Below are positions 26,345 through 40,359 of a stretch of DNA of 64,000 bases, one piece after another. Under the pieces are notes generated by a model that worked only from the letters and a program-made list of their open reading frames with translations, made no database searches and was not told where the DNA came from. Positions within the stretch are counted from its first letter, which is position 1, and each line of letters opens with the position of its first letter. The stretch is from the NCBI RefSeq assembly GCF_009914755.1, contig NC_060926.1; one strand, written 5' to 3'. The position numbers and the translations under genes were made by a program. The DNA is from the human T2T-CHM13v2.0 reference genome, Homo sapiens.

Positions 26345-26382
<38 letters not shown>
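26345..26382. repeat. (TG)n microsatellite
   Basis: Direct reading. Confidence 0.95.
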
Positions 26383-26386
<4 letters not shown>

Positions 26387-26467
26387 GTCAGTTTAAGGCT
26401 TTTATCCGTATTACTACTGTGTTGGATGTGTTTATTTTATTGATTTGTAGAAACTGTTCATATATTG

Positions 26468-26573
26468 TAGGGTGGGATGTATGAGGGAAGTGTGGGGCAC
26501 AATTATATTGTAAGAGCCCCGTGGTCAAATGTCTGACCTCCAGTGTTGGATCCAGACACCAGATTTTTTCAAG
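26468..26573. repeat. Right arm of the diverged inverted repeat (partner 23770-23873)
   Basis: GGGCACAATTATATTG...GGTCAA...GATCCAGACACCAGATTTTTTCAAG is the reverse complement of the left arm. Confidence 0.9.
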
Positions 26574-27802
26574 GGACATAGAGATGACTGAACTTAAGGA
26601 CATGACTCAACTAAGTAAATTCATAATCCAGTGATGTAGAATACTGATTCTGTATCATTAATTAATGAGAACAAACACTGCTAAGCAAGTCAGAAGGCTC
26701 ACATTGTCCTGTCAGTATATACTCTTACTCCCCAAATAATAACATGAGAAGTCAGGATATGCTCAGACTGCCAAGAGTAATGAGTGGCTTATTTTCGATG
26801 ACAATAGCTTACGAGTGCCTAATGGGTCCATCTCCACTGGGGGCTACATACAGCTGGTTGGGGAACCAGAGACTCAATGCAGATGACTTTCCCTTGGAAT
26901 AATAAGAGAGCAACACAGGTAATTCTGGGCTCTCGCATCAATTTACTGAACTTCATGCAGGTCGGTCCTTGTTGGTTCACACAACCTTCCCTAGACATAA
27001 CAATATTGTCAGCCAAACCTGTTTACAAAGTGTGAATTGTATTGACTGAATGCCCCAAAACAGATCTCCAAGTTCTACGGATGTTCTAATTCATAATTAA
27101 CTAACCATAGAACTCTATCAGAAAAGAGAAATACAATGCAGAGGAAAATAATCTATAATTAATAATTTTCATCAATATATGTGAAACCAGAAGTTTCTTA
27201 AGAATGATTATTAGATATATAGTTTAAAAGTAATGCAAAGGCACACATCCATAAAAGGATTCTCATAGCAGGAGATTACAATTTTATACTTGCTTAAAAT
27301 GGGCTTTTGCCACAGCTTGAAGTCCCAAATCTGCCATGAGGAGTCCTACACCAAACTCCAACAGTTCTGGGAGACCTAACCTGACACAGTTTATAATGAG
27401 GCCACCTCCTTCCAAGCTTGGAATCAGTGGGTGCATTTTATCCTGTAAATTGATTTGAAGCCAATAGGTACAATGTGACCTGTGAAACAATGTGAAACCT
27501 AATTAAATATATAGGTAGAAATCACTTTTGTGAAAAATTTACAAGCCAGTAAAACCTGCAGAGTAACAGAAGACATATCTGCACTGTTCAAATCTCCCAG
27601 AAAAGTAGTCAGTAAATCACTAAATCATTCAGATTATGGCCTGCCTAATGCCAAGTATTTGAATAATTATGTAGTTCAGGGTAAATGATTGCTTGACATA
27701 ACCCAATGGATGTTGTTTACATTCTAGATATAGTATCATGCAAATATCACTGGATACAGGGAACACTCTGAAATAAAAGAGCCCATTTTATTTTAAACTA
27801 AG

Positions 27803-27918
27803 GCAGGGTGTAGAGTTACACAGGGTGTTCACTGCGTATCCCCAGAGAGCACTATTTGCATAGACTATGAAGGGAGTATATGAATGGAGCTCCAGGAGTT
27901 GTGCAATGTGGCAGTCTT
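27803..27918. mobile_element. MER91-like hAT MITE remnant
   Basis: CATAGACTATG...ATGAATGGAGCTCCAGGAGTTGTGCAATG, degenerate palindrome. Confidence 0.55.
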
Positions 27919-28477
27919 AAAATATTAATCCAAGGAGAAAGAAAGTTATTTCATAAAGACTGGCATATGGCTACATTATCACATTATAATGATAGAAAAA
28001 AGATTTTAAAGTACAATTTTATTTATTGCCCAACATCAATATAACTACTTCTGACCATCCCCTTGGAATATCATACAACACCAACCCCAATGGCACATGG
28101 GACAGTAAGTAGAAAAGGATATCACAGGGCCATTAACCTAGCTGAGGATTTCTTTGTTTTCAATTATATTTTCCTATATGCACGATTGTTTTGTATATTT
28201 ATGAAACATCTTTGTTCCCTCTTCCATCCATATTTATGACCTGTATAGCTCTATTTGTATTATTTATATTTCTTCCCAAATGTTTTCAATGCCTTCCAAT
28301 TTACCATCACAGAGATAGCATTATTGTGTTTTCAGTACTGCTTCCTGATCATTAACAAAGACATCACATTTTTAAAAATCCACCCTTGTTAAACACATCT
28401 TTGCAACTTCAAATTATATAAAGCTTAAAATATGAATAATTTGAAGACACTGCCACATATTATTATTCTTTGCTTAC

Positions 28478-28573
28478 CATCTTTTAGCTCATTTTCAGTT
28501 CTTGAGGCTGAATTTTTCTGGTTTGATTTGAATCAATTTTGCCAGTAAAATCTCACTGATGTTATATCAATTA
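28478..28573 (-). other. Candidate 96-nt exon
   Basis: Minus strand: ctcatcctatattctcctcttacag| ... ATG|gtaagc; motif evidence only. Confidence 0.3.
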
Positions 28574-28663
28574 CTGTAAGAGGAGAATATAGGATGAGCA
28601 CTATACTTAATCCTCTCTTTTCATCTCCAAATTTAGTTATTCTAACAAGAATCCTATTTAGTT

Positions 28664-28710
28664 ATGTGCGTGTGTGTGTGTGTGTGTGTGTGTGCACGCT
28701 CACGCATGTG
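28664..28710. repeat. (TG)n microsatellite / alternating purine-pyrimidine tract
   Basis: Direct reading. Confidence 0.9.
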
Positions 28711-29014
28711 TTGAGAGTGATGATGGGGGTGGGAAGTGCTTTTTAAAAATACACAATTCACAGAAATAAAATTACTATTCTGAGAGATAGCAGAATTAAA
28801 GTAAAAAAAGAAATGTGCTCTGGCTATGACCATCATCAGCACTGACAGATGAAAAAAATGTAGACATCAGAGCAGTATCTGCTTTAGACCTGGACAAGCA
28901 GGGCCCTTGTCTCAAGCAGAGCCTTGTGCTTTGGAGTGTCTTCCTTAAAGTTTTCTAAGTTTGATGTAATCCCACTCTGGTACTGGAAACAGAGACAGCA
29001 GTGCCTGCAAGTAG

Positions 29015-29397
<383 letters not shown>

Positions 29398-29837
29398 CCA
29401 TTTCTCCCCTTCTGAGCATTCTGACATCCTCTCCCCATTACCTCTCCCTGTGTGGAGTCAATCAAATGCACAGCTGCAGTCAGGCATTGGAGACTAGAGG
29501 GCCATTCCAGGTCTCATGACTGGATCTCAATTCTAGGAAGGTGACTTGACGAACTAATAGTTCCCATTGTGGACTAGGTATTTCCTTCACAGGTTTGTAA
29601 GAGATTGGCTTACCAGAATAATGCAGACATGCTGATTTGGGAACCTCATTCAGGAAATATATTTTACAGATCTTAAAAGAATCTGGCCATAGAGTATCTG
29701 CACTTGGTCTGAAGTCACAACATGAAACCTGGACATTGGCTGATTCAATCAAATGGCTCCTATGAATTTTATTTCCTTCAATGATGTTTGGAAAATGCCC
29801 ACACAAGTGCCATCTAAAAAGCAAGTTCTAGTGTAGA

Positions 29838-30135
29838 TGTGGTTAATATCTATAATCAGTTGACTTTAGGCAGATTATCCTCAATAATATGGGGTGGGCC
29901 TCATCCAATCAGTTCTAAGAGTGTCAAAAGCAAAACTGAGGTTTACCTGAGGAAGAAGAAATTCCATCTCTGGACTGCAGTAGCAGCTCATGCCAGAGAG
30001 TTTCCAGAGTGCCATGGGCCCTACAGATTTTGGACTAGTCAGCCCACACAATCATGTAAGCCAGTTACTTGAAATTTATGTATCTATCTGCTATCTTACT
30101 GGCTCTGTTTCTCTGGTAGAACCCTAACGGATGCC
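29838..30135 (+). mobile_element. MLT2 (ERVL) LTR, partial
   Basis: GGTGGGCCTCATCCAATCAGTT...AAAACTGAGGTTT...TCTGTTTCTCTGGTAGAACCCTAAC. Confidence 0.85.
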
Positions 30136-30420
30136 GGGCAAGTAACTCACTCCGATATGTTCAGATACATTTTCTGACATTGAGTCTTTTGGGACCAATG
30201 TGGATGAGGTCTTGCCTTCCTCCAACCAATCACTGTGCCCAGAGGAGTTGGAATACACTGATTGATCAAGCAGGGTGACGCCAACCCTTAGAGTCTTGGA
30301 TTGAGTCATCCCCATTGATACGTACACAGAGTCAGGAGAAACAACTCAGCAAAGAAAGTATAGAGTTTTTTAGAGGGAGAAATTGTGCTGGACAGGTATT
30401 CACACCAAATATCCAACAAA
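30136..30420 (-). mobile_element. Old MLT1-type (MLT1J/K-like) LTR remnant
   Basis: AACCAATCACTGTG...TGATTG motif arrangement. Confidence 0.5.
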
Positions 30421-30438
30421 GATGACTTACATACTCAC

Positions 30439-30563
30439 CTTGTCTCAAAATTGACATTGATACAGTCAGGTTTGTAAGCAGATTCAGGTGGAATAAAACT
30501 TCAAAATGTTTGGAGATCTTATCAACCTGGATGATATGTTCCAGGAGGAGATAAAATTTCCTC
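30439..30563 (-). other. Candidate 125-nt exon
   Basis: Minus strand: tactaatgaactgtgttctag| ... AAG|gtgagt, with a second gtaagt 8 nt downstream; motif evidence only. Confidence 0.35.
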
Positions 30564-31829
30564 CTAGAACACAGTTCATTAGTATATTGAGTAACTTAAA
30601 GAAGACATACCAGAATCGTTAAATTTATACCTTGAATGTACTCTTTTAACAGGATGATGGACTCAGGATGATGACAGCTTCCTGTAGTGTTGCTGTCATT
30701 GCCTTCTCAGCATCTGGCTGTATTTCCTGTGTCCCTCATGGTCACATTGACCTCTGTTGTCTTACAACTGCACTATGTTTTCTCTTGGTCGTGAGCCTAT
30801 TATGATTAGCAGTTGGTACGTTTGTATTTTATTGATGGGCTTTATTTTGTTAACAGTGGAGTTACACTCGACCCAAATGAAGAATTGGTCTAGGGTGAAG
30901 GAGAAGGACTCAGCATGGCCTGAGGATCCATCTGGACTTGACTTCGGCATTGACAGCGCTGCCCTAAAGGCAGTATGGTCCTAGAAATCAAGGGGTTTCC
31001 CATGCAATGTGTTCCAAGGGTCAAGGTTTATCAGAGAGAGAGAGGTCACTAGAACTGGAAAACCCCCAAAAGTCCAGAATAGGACCTTGTGCTGTGGGTC
31101 AGACTGGCTATGGCAACGGTGAGATAAAGGCATTCTGGGCAAGGTCAGAATGATTGAAGACACCACTGAGAACAGTCTTCTCTCATGTGAAACTGTGAAG
31201 TGCTCAGCCTGGCTAGGAAAGGGGCTATATTCTAAAACAGAGAGACAAGTACCAAAAGCAATGCTGTATCCAAACCATGACGAGCTTTAGCTGTCCCTCA
31301 TAATAATACAAGCTGGATAAGTGGGGAAACTTTAAGAAGGAACATGATGAAATGAATGTTTTAGGAAGAATTGTTTGGTGTCTCTCTTATAGAGACAGCC
31401 TGGAACCAGGAAAAACTACAGAACCTGCTAACAAATGCAGCTTGAATCAAAACAAATAGTTATTACCATTCATTTGGGATTTGTGACTCAATTCTCAAAG
31501 AATCCTTTCAAACATGTGGGATAATAATGAAAATATAATGGGAAAATTGAAGTACTCTATGAAGGCATCAGAAACCTGCACGGATAGTTCAGCAGAGCAA
31601 TGTTAGTGCAGTTATAATGTATTGATTCTTCTTTCAAACACAATGAAGTTTTGAAATCAACCACATATGGATTCAGACAGTTGAAAATGATATATTTCTT
31701 CAGTATTTAACATATGTCCAAACTGTGTCTAGAAATGATATTAAAATGGATGAGTAAATTGCTCTACTTTAACTTTAGGCTAAATTAACTCTTTGTGGTT
31801 TCAATTGTGTCTTTAATTTGTATTGTGCT

Positions 31830-31990
31830 TTATGGTTTTTGATGCATTTCACGCTGTTCATCTCTTTGGATCTTTATATCACCCCATTTTTCAGATAAGA
31901 AAAGTGAAGTTCAGAGGCAGCAAATCATTTGCCTCACATACCAATTGCTCTTTAGTAGCAGAGCCAAACCTGGGGCATAATTCTCCATTC
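31830..31990 (-). mobile_element. MIR SINE
   Basis: CCCCATTTTTCAGATAAGAAAAGTGAAGTTCAGAG core. Confidence 0.75.
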
Positions 31991-33318
31991 AACACAAGCT
32001 ATTGGTCTAAGGAGTAACTGTGAGTTTAGAGTGAGGTAAATTGAAATAAAACCAAACTGTTCAAGGGAGATTGAGGATGAGTGTCCAAGTTAAAGGGGAA
32101 AAAAATAACAGATCTAGGTTCGGAAATTGGCAGAAATGACTATTCAGACTTTGCTTCACTCCCATTCCCAAATTCAATGTACTTTCTAACCAGTAAGCTG
32201 CCTTACTGATTGAATAGCTACAGATTCCCTGGAAGGAGTCCAAGAGTGGAAGCAACTCTCCTTTGTTTTAGTCATGCAGCACCAAGACATGTTCAGATTT
32301 CCTGGATGGATGCTATCTACCTGGAGTGAGGAACTTGCTACAGTCAGAGAAGCCCAGTGCAGCAGACTAGATGGCTCTCATCCCCTTCAGCTGGAGAAGT
32401 GTGACATCAACCTGCACAGTACCAGATAATTAAGGGTTCCACTATGTTTGTAGGGGTTAGGCTCTGCATAATGTATCCAGCTGATAGCTGAATAGGCTTA
32501 CAGCCAATCTACCTTTTTCTCCCCAAGCCAGGCGTGCTCATGTGAGGGCTGTATAAACTCTTTTTCTAATGTGCACAAAGATGCTATGTGGGCTTTTATG
32601 GTGGTCCTGATATAAGGACGTTTCTATAAAAGGCCTAGCCACAGTCAGCCACAGTATTGGACTCTGATATACTCTGTTATGTGTATGTGCATATTTATGT
32701 TCTTTAAGCAAAAAAGAATATTAATCAGGTGAGTAAATCTGTGACTAAAATCTATCAAAAAACATCCTTTTTTAAAACAAAAAGGTGACTTATTTTATGG
32801 ACAAGTCTAAAAGTGTATACAGTAAAATCACTTGGATTCACAGAGACCCAGTGGAAAGACCAAAAAAAGAGAATGAAGTAATTCAGTGTCCCTACCAACT
32901 TTCTTCCCACACTGGCTAAGACTATGACCCTTGATAGGATGGAGAACCTAAAGAAATTCTAGGTGGTTCTTCCACCTGTCCTTCTGAAGCTGCCTACTCC
33001 ATTCTGTGTCCCCAACTCAATCTCTCTCTCTTCCTGGTCCCTTTGTACTATGTAATTCTCAACTGTGGCATCATTCCTGGATACTGCCTAATGGATTGCA
33101 CTTGGACTAATGTTTCTGTCCTAAAAAGCACATTCATTATTTTCCTGCATTCAACCTCTGTTCCCAGGGCCCCCACGAAAGGCAGAACCTTGGCTCTGAG
33201 TTTGGAAGCATACACCGAGTATTGTCCCACCAGAGGCAACTAGACTTGGCCCAGATTAAATGTCTAAAGGCATGCTTTGGGCTACACATATTTCATACTT
33301 GGGAAAATGGAGGTCTGC

Positions 33319-33651
33319 TGCTATGGTTTCAACGTGTCCTCTCTAAAACTCAGCTACTGAAACTTAATGACCAATGTGATAGTATTAAGAGGTGGAGCAT
33401 TTAAAAGGCAATTAGTTTGTGAGGGCTCCCTCATAAAGAAGATTAAGTCTCCTTACAAAAGAGGTTTCATGCAGCATTTGGCTCCCCACTGCTCTTCCAC
33501 CCTGTGAGGACATAGGGTTCCTCCCCTTCAGAGGAGGCAGCAACAAGGTACCATCTTGGAATCCAAGAGCAGCCCTCACGTGACAATCAAACCTGCTGGC
33601 ACCTTGAGCTTGGACATTTCAGACTCTAGAAGTGTGATAAAATAAACTTCA

Positions 33652-33727
<76 letters not shown>

Positions 33728-33775
33728 TACTTAGTCTTAGGTATTTTGTCATAGCGGCACAAATGAACTAAGACA
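33319..33775 (+). mobile_element. MSTD-like (MaLR) solo LTR containing a (TA)n(CA)n tract
   Basis: TGCTATGGTTT start, GCAGCAACAAGGTACCATCTTGGAA, ACTAAGACA end, TSD TCTGC/GCTGC. Confidence 0.9.
33652..33727. repeat. (TA)n(CA)n compound microsatellite
   Basis: Direct reading. Confidence 0.95.
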
Positions 33776-33881
33776 GCTGCCATCATAGTACTAAGAGGAG
33801 TAATATAGAAGGACTGGCACAGCAGAATATTTCTGAGAAAAAGCTCCCAGTTGAAATAAAGCCCTCCCCTCATCACCTTAC

Positions 33882-34035
33882 CTGTGTAATTTGGCCATCT
33901 GTGTGTGTGAGCTGTGAATGGTAATTATCTCTACGACTGTGCATGGTTAGTGGGAGTCAATAAACATCCACTTCAGTGCACCTTGTCAGTTGCAATTTGC
34001 ATCAACCCTCCTTCCTCATCACAGGATGATCTAAG
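33882..34035 (-). other. Candidate 154-nt exon
   Basis: Minus strand: cctctccctacctctcag| ... CAG|gtaagg; motif evidence only. Confidence 0.35.
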
Positions 34036-34324
34036 CTGAGAGGTAGGGAGAGGCTCAAGAATATCCAAGTTTAATTAGCTGATATTTGATTGGAAGATGC
34101 TGTGAGCCAAGGGCAAGAGACTCCTGAATGGGAGTCAAGAAATCAATTGAGGGGAATCAACAAGACATGTAACTACATGAAAGACGGACTTCAGGAAAGA
34201 GATTTGTGATGATCTGACTTCATTCTAGGGGAAGGTGGTCAGGCTTGAAGTTAAAAATCAAAGGCCAGAAAATAGACCTACCTATTCACTTGGTGCCTTG
34301 CCTTGCTAGACAGGTGAGCTCATG

Positions 34325-34570
34325 TGGTAATAATTATAAAGTGACACTTGTAATTATTTCCCAGGCAATATTTTAAATTTTTTACATACTTTAACTAATT
34401 TAACTTTCAAAAGGAAGGTCTCAGTCTTATCATCTCCATTTTGCAGATTAGTAAATTGAGGCACAAACTGGTTAAGTAAATTTGCCACAGATCACCTTGC
34501 AAATAAGTAGCCAAGTTGGTATTTGGCTTCAAGATGTATGGTCTTAACTATTATATTATACTCTACTCCC
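34325..34570 (-). mobile_element. MIR SINE
   Basis: CCATTTTGCAGATTAGTAAATTGAGGCACAAACTGGTTAAGTAA core. Confidence 0.75.
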
Positions 34571-35224
34571 AAATTAGGAAGACATTCCTTTCTTCTCTGA
34601 AAATCATGAGTTATATATCAAAGACAGCGAAAGTTAACAAAATGAGAGTTCCACACATCTGCCACAGAAAATGAAAGTAGAAGTCAGACTTGACTATGAG
34701 GAATAACTTGAGGAATACTTGTCACCCACCCTACCTTAAAATTTATTCTACCTACCCAGTCCTTCTGCCTGGAATAACACCACTGATTCCTTGCATAGGT
34801 TAAACCTTCTAATCCCTGTGTTTTTCTTTTACATTTTCATTGACCCCCAGCATGGATCATAACTTTCATCCATTCTAATAGAATCTCCTTATTCAGAGAA
34901 AGATTTGGCATCAAAAGAAAGGAGCTTCTGAACTGGGTGGCAGGATAAAAGAGGTGCACAGAAAAAGAAGAAAAAGGGAGGATCCTAATTACAAAGTCTA
35001 TAAAGAAAAGAAGGTGGAAGTTATTTTTTCTTTTTAATTAGAGTCATGATACTCTGAATTCAGAAAGATATTGACTTGCATCCTGAAAGCAGAGTAAATC
35101 TCAGATGGAGAAATAGTAATGTCCATGTTCCAAAGGCCAATAAGAAAGTGCATCTCTGTGTGTGTTTCTTTGTATGTAGTGGATTTCCATAATTCACTTT
35201 TTTTTCACTTTAAATACTGTGGGT

Positions 35225-35410
35225 GTAGACAACTTAGGGAATGATGACAGATGCATACTATTATTCTCTAAACTCTATAGGTCAGGAAACTGAAGTTCAG
35301 AGAAGTTAAGTAACTTGCTCAAATTTACTCAGCTAGGGAGTGTCAGAGTCAGAATATATACTTAGGTAGCACAACTTCACACTTCACTCTTTTAACATCT
35401 ATACTGTACT
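35225..35410 (-). mobile_element. MIR SINE
   Basis: GGAAACTGAAGTTCAGAGAAGTTAAGTAACTTGCTCAA. Confidence 0.8.
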
Positions 35411-36156
35411 GTCTTTAATATGAAGCCAGTGGGTAAATTCTGGCCAAATGAAGGCCGCAAACAGTGATTGGGATCATAACACTGGGTTTGGCTCAGGGTA
35501 ACCGCAACACAACTAAAACAAAGCAACCCTTTCAATTCAACAAACATTGGCTGTATGCCTCCTGCGTTTCAGCTATTTGTTGAATACTCTGGGAAACCAA
35601 AGTAAGGCTTAGTCCTCAATGTAGGAGATACTTGGCATCTCAGAATATGAGAAAAAACACAAGAGCATTTTTGTACAAAACAACGTGTCCTACGCCCAGT
35701 TAGAGAGAAGCACATTACTTCCAGAGGATCTAGACCATTCTCCACTTTGGAAGCCAGGTAGAGTTAAGGAGGGGGAGCATTTACTGGTGAAGATGACTGG
35801 GTAAAAAGTCAAACAAAGGCTCACAGCAGAGCCTGTGGCTTTGTGTCTACAGTGCACAGTGTTCTGGCTGGAATATTGAGACAAGAAGAGAGATAGGAGA
35901 TACAACTACAGAGTATATTTGGTTTTGCATGCCTGCCTAAGGAAACTCTAGCTTTAGAAATGCCATCTTTTGAATAAATAGTTGATGGTACACCTAAAAA
36001 TATATTAAAACAGAGAAATTGTGATAAGTGAATGATGCAGACACATTTCACAAAGCATCAGGAGAAACAAAGACAAGAAAGTCATGAATATAAATCTATT
36101 GATGGTATATTTAAAGGGGGATATGTCTGTGCTATTTTATCTTTAAAAAGTAATCA

Positions 36157-36367
<211 letters not shown>

Positions 36368-37148
36368 AAAAAGTAATCAATTAGGTGGATGCATAAAAAT
36401 TCAGTGCATATGAATATACACAGTGAGTGAGGCAAAGTTGGGCAGTAATAACGAAGAAATGAGCAAGATTCAGAGGCCAGTCCAAGCTGGGTATGTGGAG
36501 AAGTCATTAGGTCAGAATTCAGACTAGTGGAGACACTAAAATTGCATAATTTTATTCAGAGCAAAAACTCTGATCCCAAAGTGCATGTCTCCTACCATGG
36601 CTATTAGAAGAATCCCTGAAGAATCACTCATGCAAAAAATACCTCATTGCCATTGTAATCTGGCTCATAAGTTTGCACAGTCAGATAAGTAGATGCACGC
36701 TCCATTGCATCTTGTGAATATCACAGCTTTTGTTCAAGTATCACATTCAAATCCTAAGACTATGTCATTTACCCTTCCATATTTTTTTACTCAATTTAAA
36801 AACATAACATAAAAGATATGCATAATGGCAAAGCAACCACTCCCAAAGATTGAAATTTAGTTTAAAAAAGGAAATTGGGAGGTACCCAATGTGTTCAGTT
36901 CATATCTACCACATGAACTGCAGAATACATAATAATTTTGAATCAAATATTCACCAATAGATATTTTTGTAGATCATTCTTTTTCTCCTTACCAAGAAGA
37001 GGTAAAATAAATATATTCACAATCCCTTGTTAAATGATTTGGGCAAAATATGCAAAGCAGAAAAGATATACTCTCCCCACCCCTCAAAGTCCTTATATCT
37101 TTATTAGAATGATAGGTTTTATACTATGGACCTGTAAATAGTAGCCCT

Positions 37149-37169
37149 GTATAGACAGACGGACAGATG

Positions 37170-37230
<61 letters not shown>

Positions 37231-37391
37231 GCAGGCAGACAGACAGACAGACACACAGAGAGAGAGAGAGATAGGCAGGCAGGCAGGCAGACAGATAGAT
37301 AGGCAGGCAGGCAGACAGACAGACAAATAGATAGAGAGAGAGAGAGATAGGCAGGCAGGCAGACAGACAGACAGATACACAGATAGATAGA
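37149..37391. repeat. Complex tetranucleotide STR: (GATA)15 core with GACA/GGCA/GA blocks
   Basis: Direct reading; accounts for ORFs 37093..37413 and 37124..37429. Confidence 0.97.
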
Positions 37392-38385
37392 TTTGGAACC
37401 GCCACAGCTTCACGGAACCATATATTCACATGGCAAATAGATATTTCTAAAATGTTCTAAAAACAGTTTCATTCAAAGAAGAGCTTTCCCTGTAAGTACG
37501 TATTTGAATGTCTAGTATGTCCTAGATTCTGGAGAAACAGAGAGGACTAAGAATGGTTTCTGCCCTTGAACAGCCCATCAATTGAAAAGATCACACACAA
37601 GCAAACAATTTGAGTATCACATAAAACTGCATAGAGCAGGGGAACAAACCTTGTGCTGTAGTAACACAAAAGATGGCTGACTACCTCTTTCTTTTACTAC
37701 ATATGAGTTTATTACCCAACAAATTCCATCTACGAAAACAATGCCAGGACACTTCTATCTAGCTTCTGCTACTATAATCATGAAATCCATATTAGAGGAG
37801 CAACCCTGCTGACTATATTTGAATGAGCAATGTAACAGTACTTTTCTTATTAATTTTAGCCTAATATATATTAGAGGGCAAGACTCAATGCACTTTTCAG
37901 AATCAAAGCCCAGACTTTTAAGATTTAGATCCCTCTGGTAATGTGAATCAGGGTGAGGAATAGGGAGAGGAAAGCCAGGCATTTCTGGAATGATCCTGAT
38001 TAGTGTCTCCTTAAAATCTGTGTCCTAGGTACCTGGTATGTCTTACCTAGGCTCAGATCTGGAGTGAATAGTTTAAAGGGAGACCAGAATAGAAGAAAAT
38101 GTTGTGAAAAGAAGCTTATAGCAGCCAGAGAAATGGACCGAGACCATCTAATTCAGAAAGGCCTTTCTCCATGCACCATTGCCCCCTTTAGAATAGCCTG
38201 ACCATAAGCCTCAGTGACCTCAGTGATTTCCTGTTGCAGACAGCAGGCTTAGATACGTATTGGGTCCCATTCCTCTTTTGACTTAGCCTGGTCAAAATCA
38301 CCATTGACCAGTCCCTGACTCAGCTATAATCAATGAAGGACACCTCAAAGTGATTAGATTACAGCTGCTCTTGAGTGAATCTATA

Positions 38386-38921
38386 TGTACCCAGTTTTGT
38401 TTTAATCAGCTATGGTAATACACACAGACACTTAAATGAAGGAAGAAATTTTGATACTCACAGATGCTGAGAGCAGAAGGCCTGTCATGCCGCACAGGGC
38501 CACACAGGAAAGCACAGGTTGGTCAAGAGGCAGAGGTAGCCAGGGAAGAAAAGCCTTCATTGGGATTTCCCTGGGAAAGAATGGGCAAGAGAGGATATGC
38601 AGGCTGAGCAGGTCCAGGATTGGCTAGTTTGAATAATTTCGGCAGGCTCTAGTAGGGTGCTGGGCTGTCCCTAATTATCTGCTATCTGGCTCTGGGGTGA
38701 TTAGGGCAGGGAGATAGTGGTTCCCCTAGTGGGAGCCTGATAAAGGAGGTAGTCAGGGCCTGAGCTCTAGATTGGTTGGTTTGCATATGAAAGGCACAAT
38801 TCCTGGGGGCCCAGTCATTTGCTGTCTCTAGGGATTAGTTACCTAGCAGGGGCAGTGCCTTCCAGTGTCAGCAAGGCCCCAAGATGTCAAAGCCTCTGAA
38901 TAAAAAGACATGCTTAATACA
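38386..38921 (-). mobile_element. MER54/MER73/MER74-family (ERVL) solo LTR
   Basis: Minus strand starts TGTATTAAGCATG...CTTTGACATCTTGGGGCCTTGCTGAC; GGATTGGCTAGTTTGAATAATTTC on the plus strand. Confidence 0.8.
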
Positions 38922-39886
38922 TACCCACATTTTAATAGTTACTGTTTACTAAGTGGCCAGAATTCCTGAGCTCTGAAAGAGAAATGAGCTTTCTTCTCTC
39001 TCTCTGAAATGATGTAGCGGTCTTAATGCAACAAAGTTGGGAAAAAAACTTACAATATCACCACATGGGCTGTAATCAGAGGGGCCTTGGCTTCCCAGAG
39101 TTTTCAATCCAGCATTATTCACAACCCTAACACTCTTTTTAAAAATGCATAGAAAGAAAGCTCTTACTGTATTCTAGGTACACATTTTTAACATTTACAC
39201 TAACTCAACACCCTAGGGTTTTAATCACCAAAAAGCTTATATAAAAGGTGCAGAAACCATGGGCTTCTTTCCATGTTGTGTTTTGTGACAGGAATGGAAA
39301 ACCAAAATGTACAAGTAAAAGCTACAAAAACAAAACTCAGATTTCCCTGGAGCCATTAGAAGCAAAGTTGCTGACACGAACACTCAACTTCTAGATGGAA
39401 TTAAATGTGTCAGAAGTCCCTTCACAAACAGCATAGGTGGCCACATCATTGTTCCCACTATGTGAGATACAAGGTGAGATTTTTCAGTGCTAGGAAAGCT
39501 GCCACCTGAGGAGAAAAGGGAAGAAAAGAGCAACTTACAATTATTAAGGTGCTATAGGATCCAACTATCCAAAAAGGCCTAAAAGGACTAAATTTTGTTC
39601 AGCTAATGTTAACAATGTTGAAAGTGTGAGAAATGGAAATAATCTCAGTTTCAAGCTATTTGAGAGGTGTAAACATCAAAGGGGCATAATTAGAAGCAAT
39701 TGTTTAGAGGGAAAAAAATGATAACAGAATCATGGCTGATAGGAATTAGTTTCAGGTCTGCTGTAGATTCAGTCTCCCAGAACAGTGAACAATCTATTAT
39801 TGTTTCTCAGGAACTCGCCTTAATAATGTTGAAAGCTTGAGCATTCTTGTTTAAAAATATTGCCAGAGAAACTGCCTATTCTAGGG

Positions 39887-39907
39887 TGTCATGGAACTCT
39901 ATCCACC

Positions 39908-39938
<31 letters not shown>

Positions 39939-40359
39939 TATGTTGAAGTTCTACCCCATAAAACCACCTCAAAATGTGACATTTGGAAATAAGTTCCTTG
40001 CAGATGTAATTAGTTAAGATGAGGTCATACTGGAGTAGGATGGGTTTCTAATCTAATATGCTAGCTGCATGTATAAGAAGGTAGTATGTGAAGACATAGA
40101 GACATACATGGAAGGCCTCATAAGACGCTGAAAGCGTACTAGGATTTCGTAGCTGCAAGCCAAGGAATTGCAGACAAATCACCAGAATCTAGGAAGAGGC
40201 AAGGAAGAATCCTCCTTTAGAGGACTCAGAGGGAGCATGGCTCTACCTACACCTTGATTTCAGAATTCTTGGCTCCAAAACGGTGAAACAATAAATGTCC
40301 ATTGTTTTAACCACCTAGTTTGTGCTTCCTTGTTATAGCAGCCCTGGGAAACTAATACA
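39887..40359 (+). mobile_element. MLT1C-like (MaLR) LTR with an A29 tract at 39908-39936
   Basis: TTGCAGATGTAATTAGTTAAGATGAGGTCATACTGGAGTAGG...GGAAACTAATACA. Confidence 0.9.

Noticed and set aside
30653-30880. Plus-strand exon pair (acceptors at 30652 and 30856; 138-nt open exon)
   Set aside because: Weak donor (GTC|gtgagc), a 66-nt intron at the size limit, an early stop in the second exon and no recognisable protein.
37093-37429. 106-aa and 101-aa low-complexity ORFs
   Set aside because: Translation of the tetranucleotide STR.
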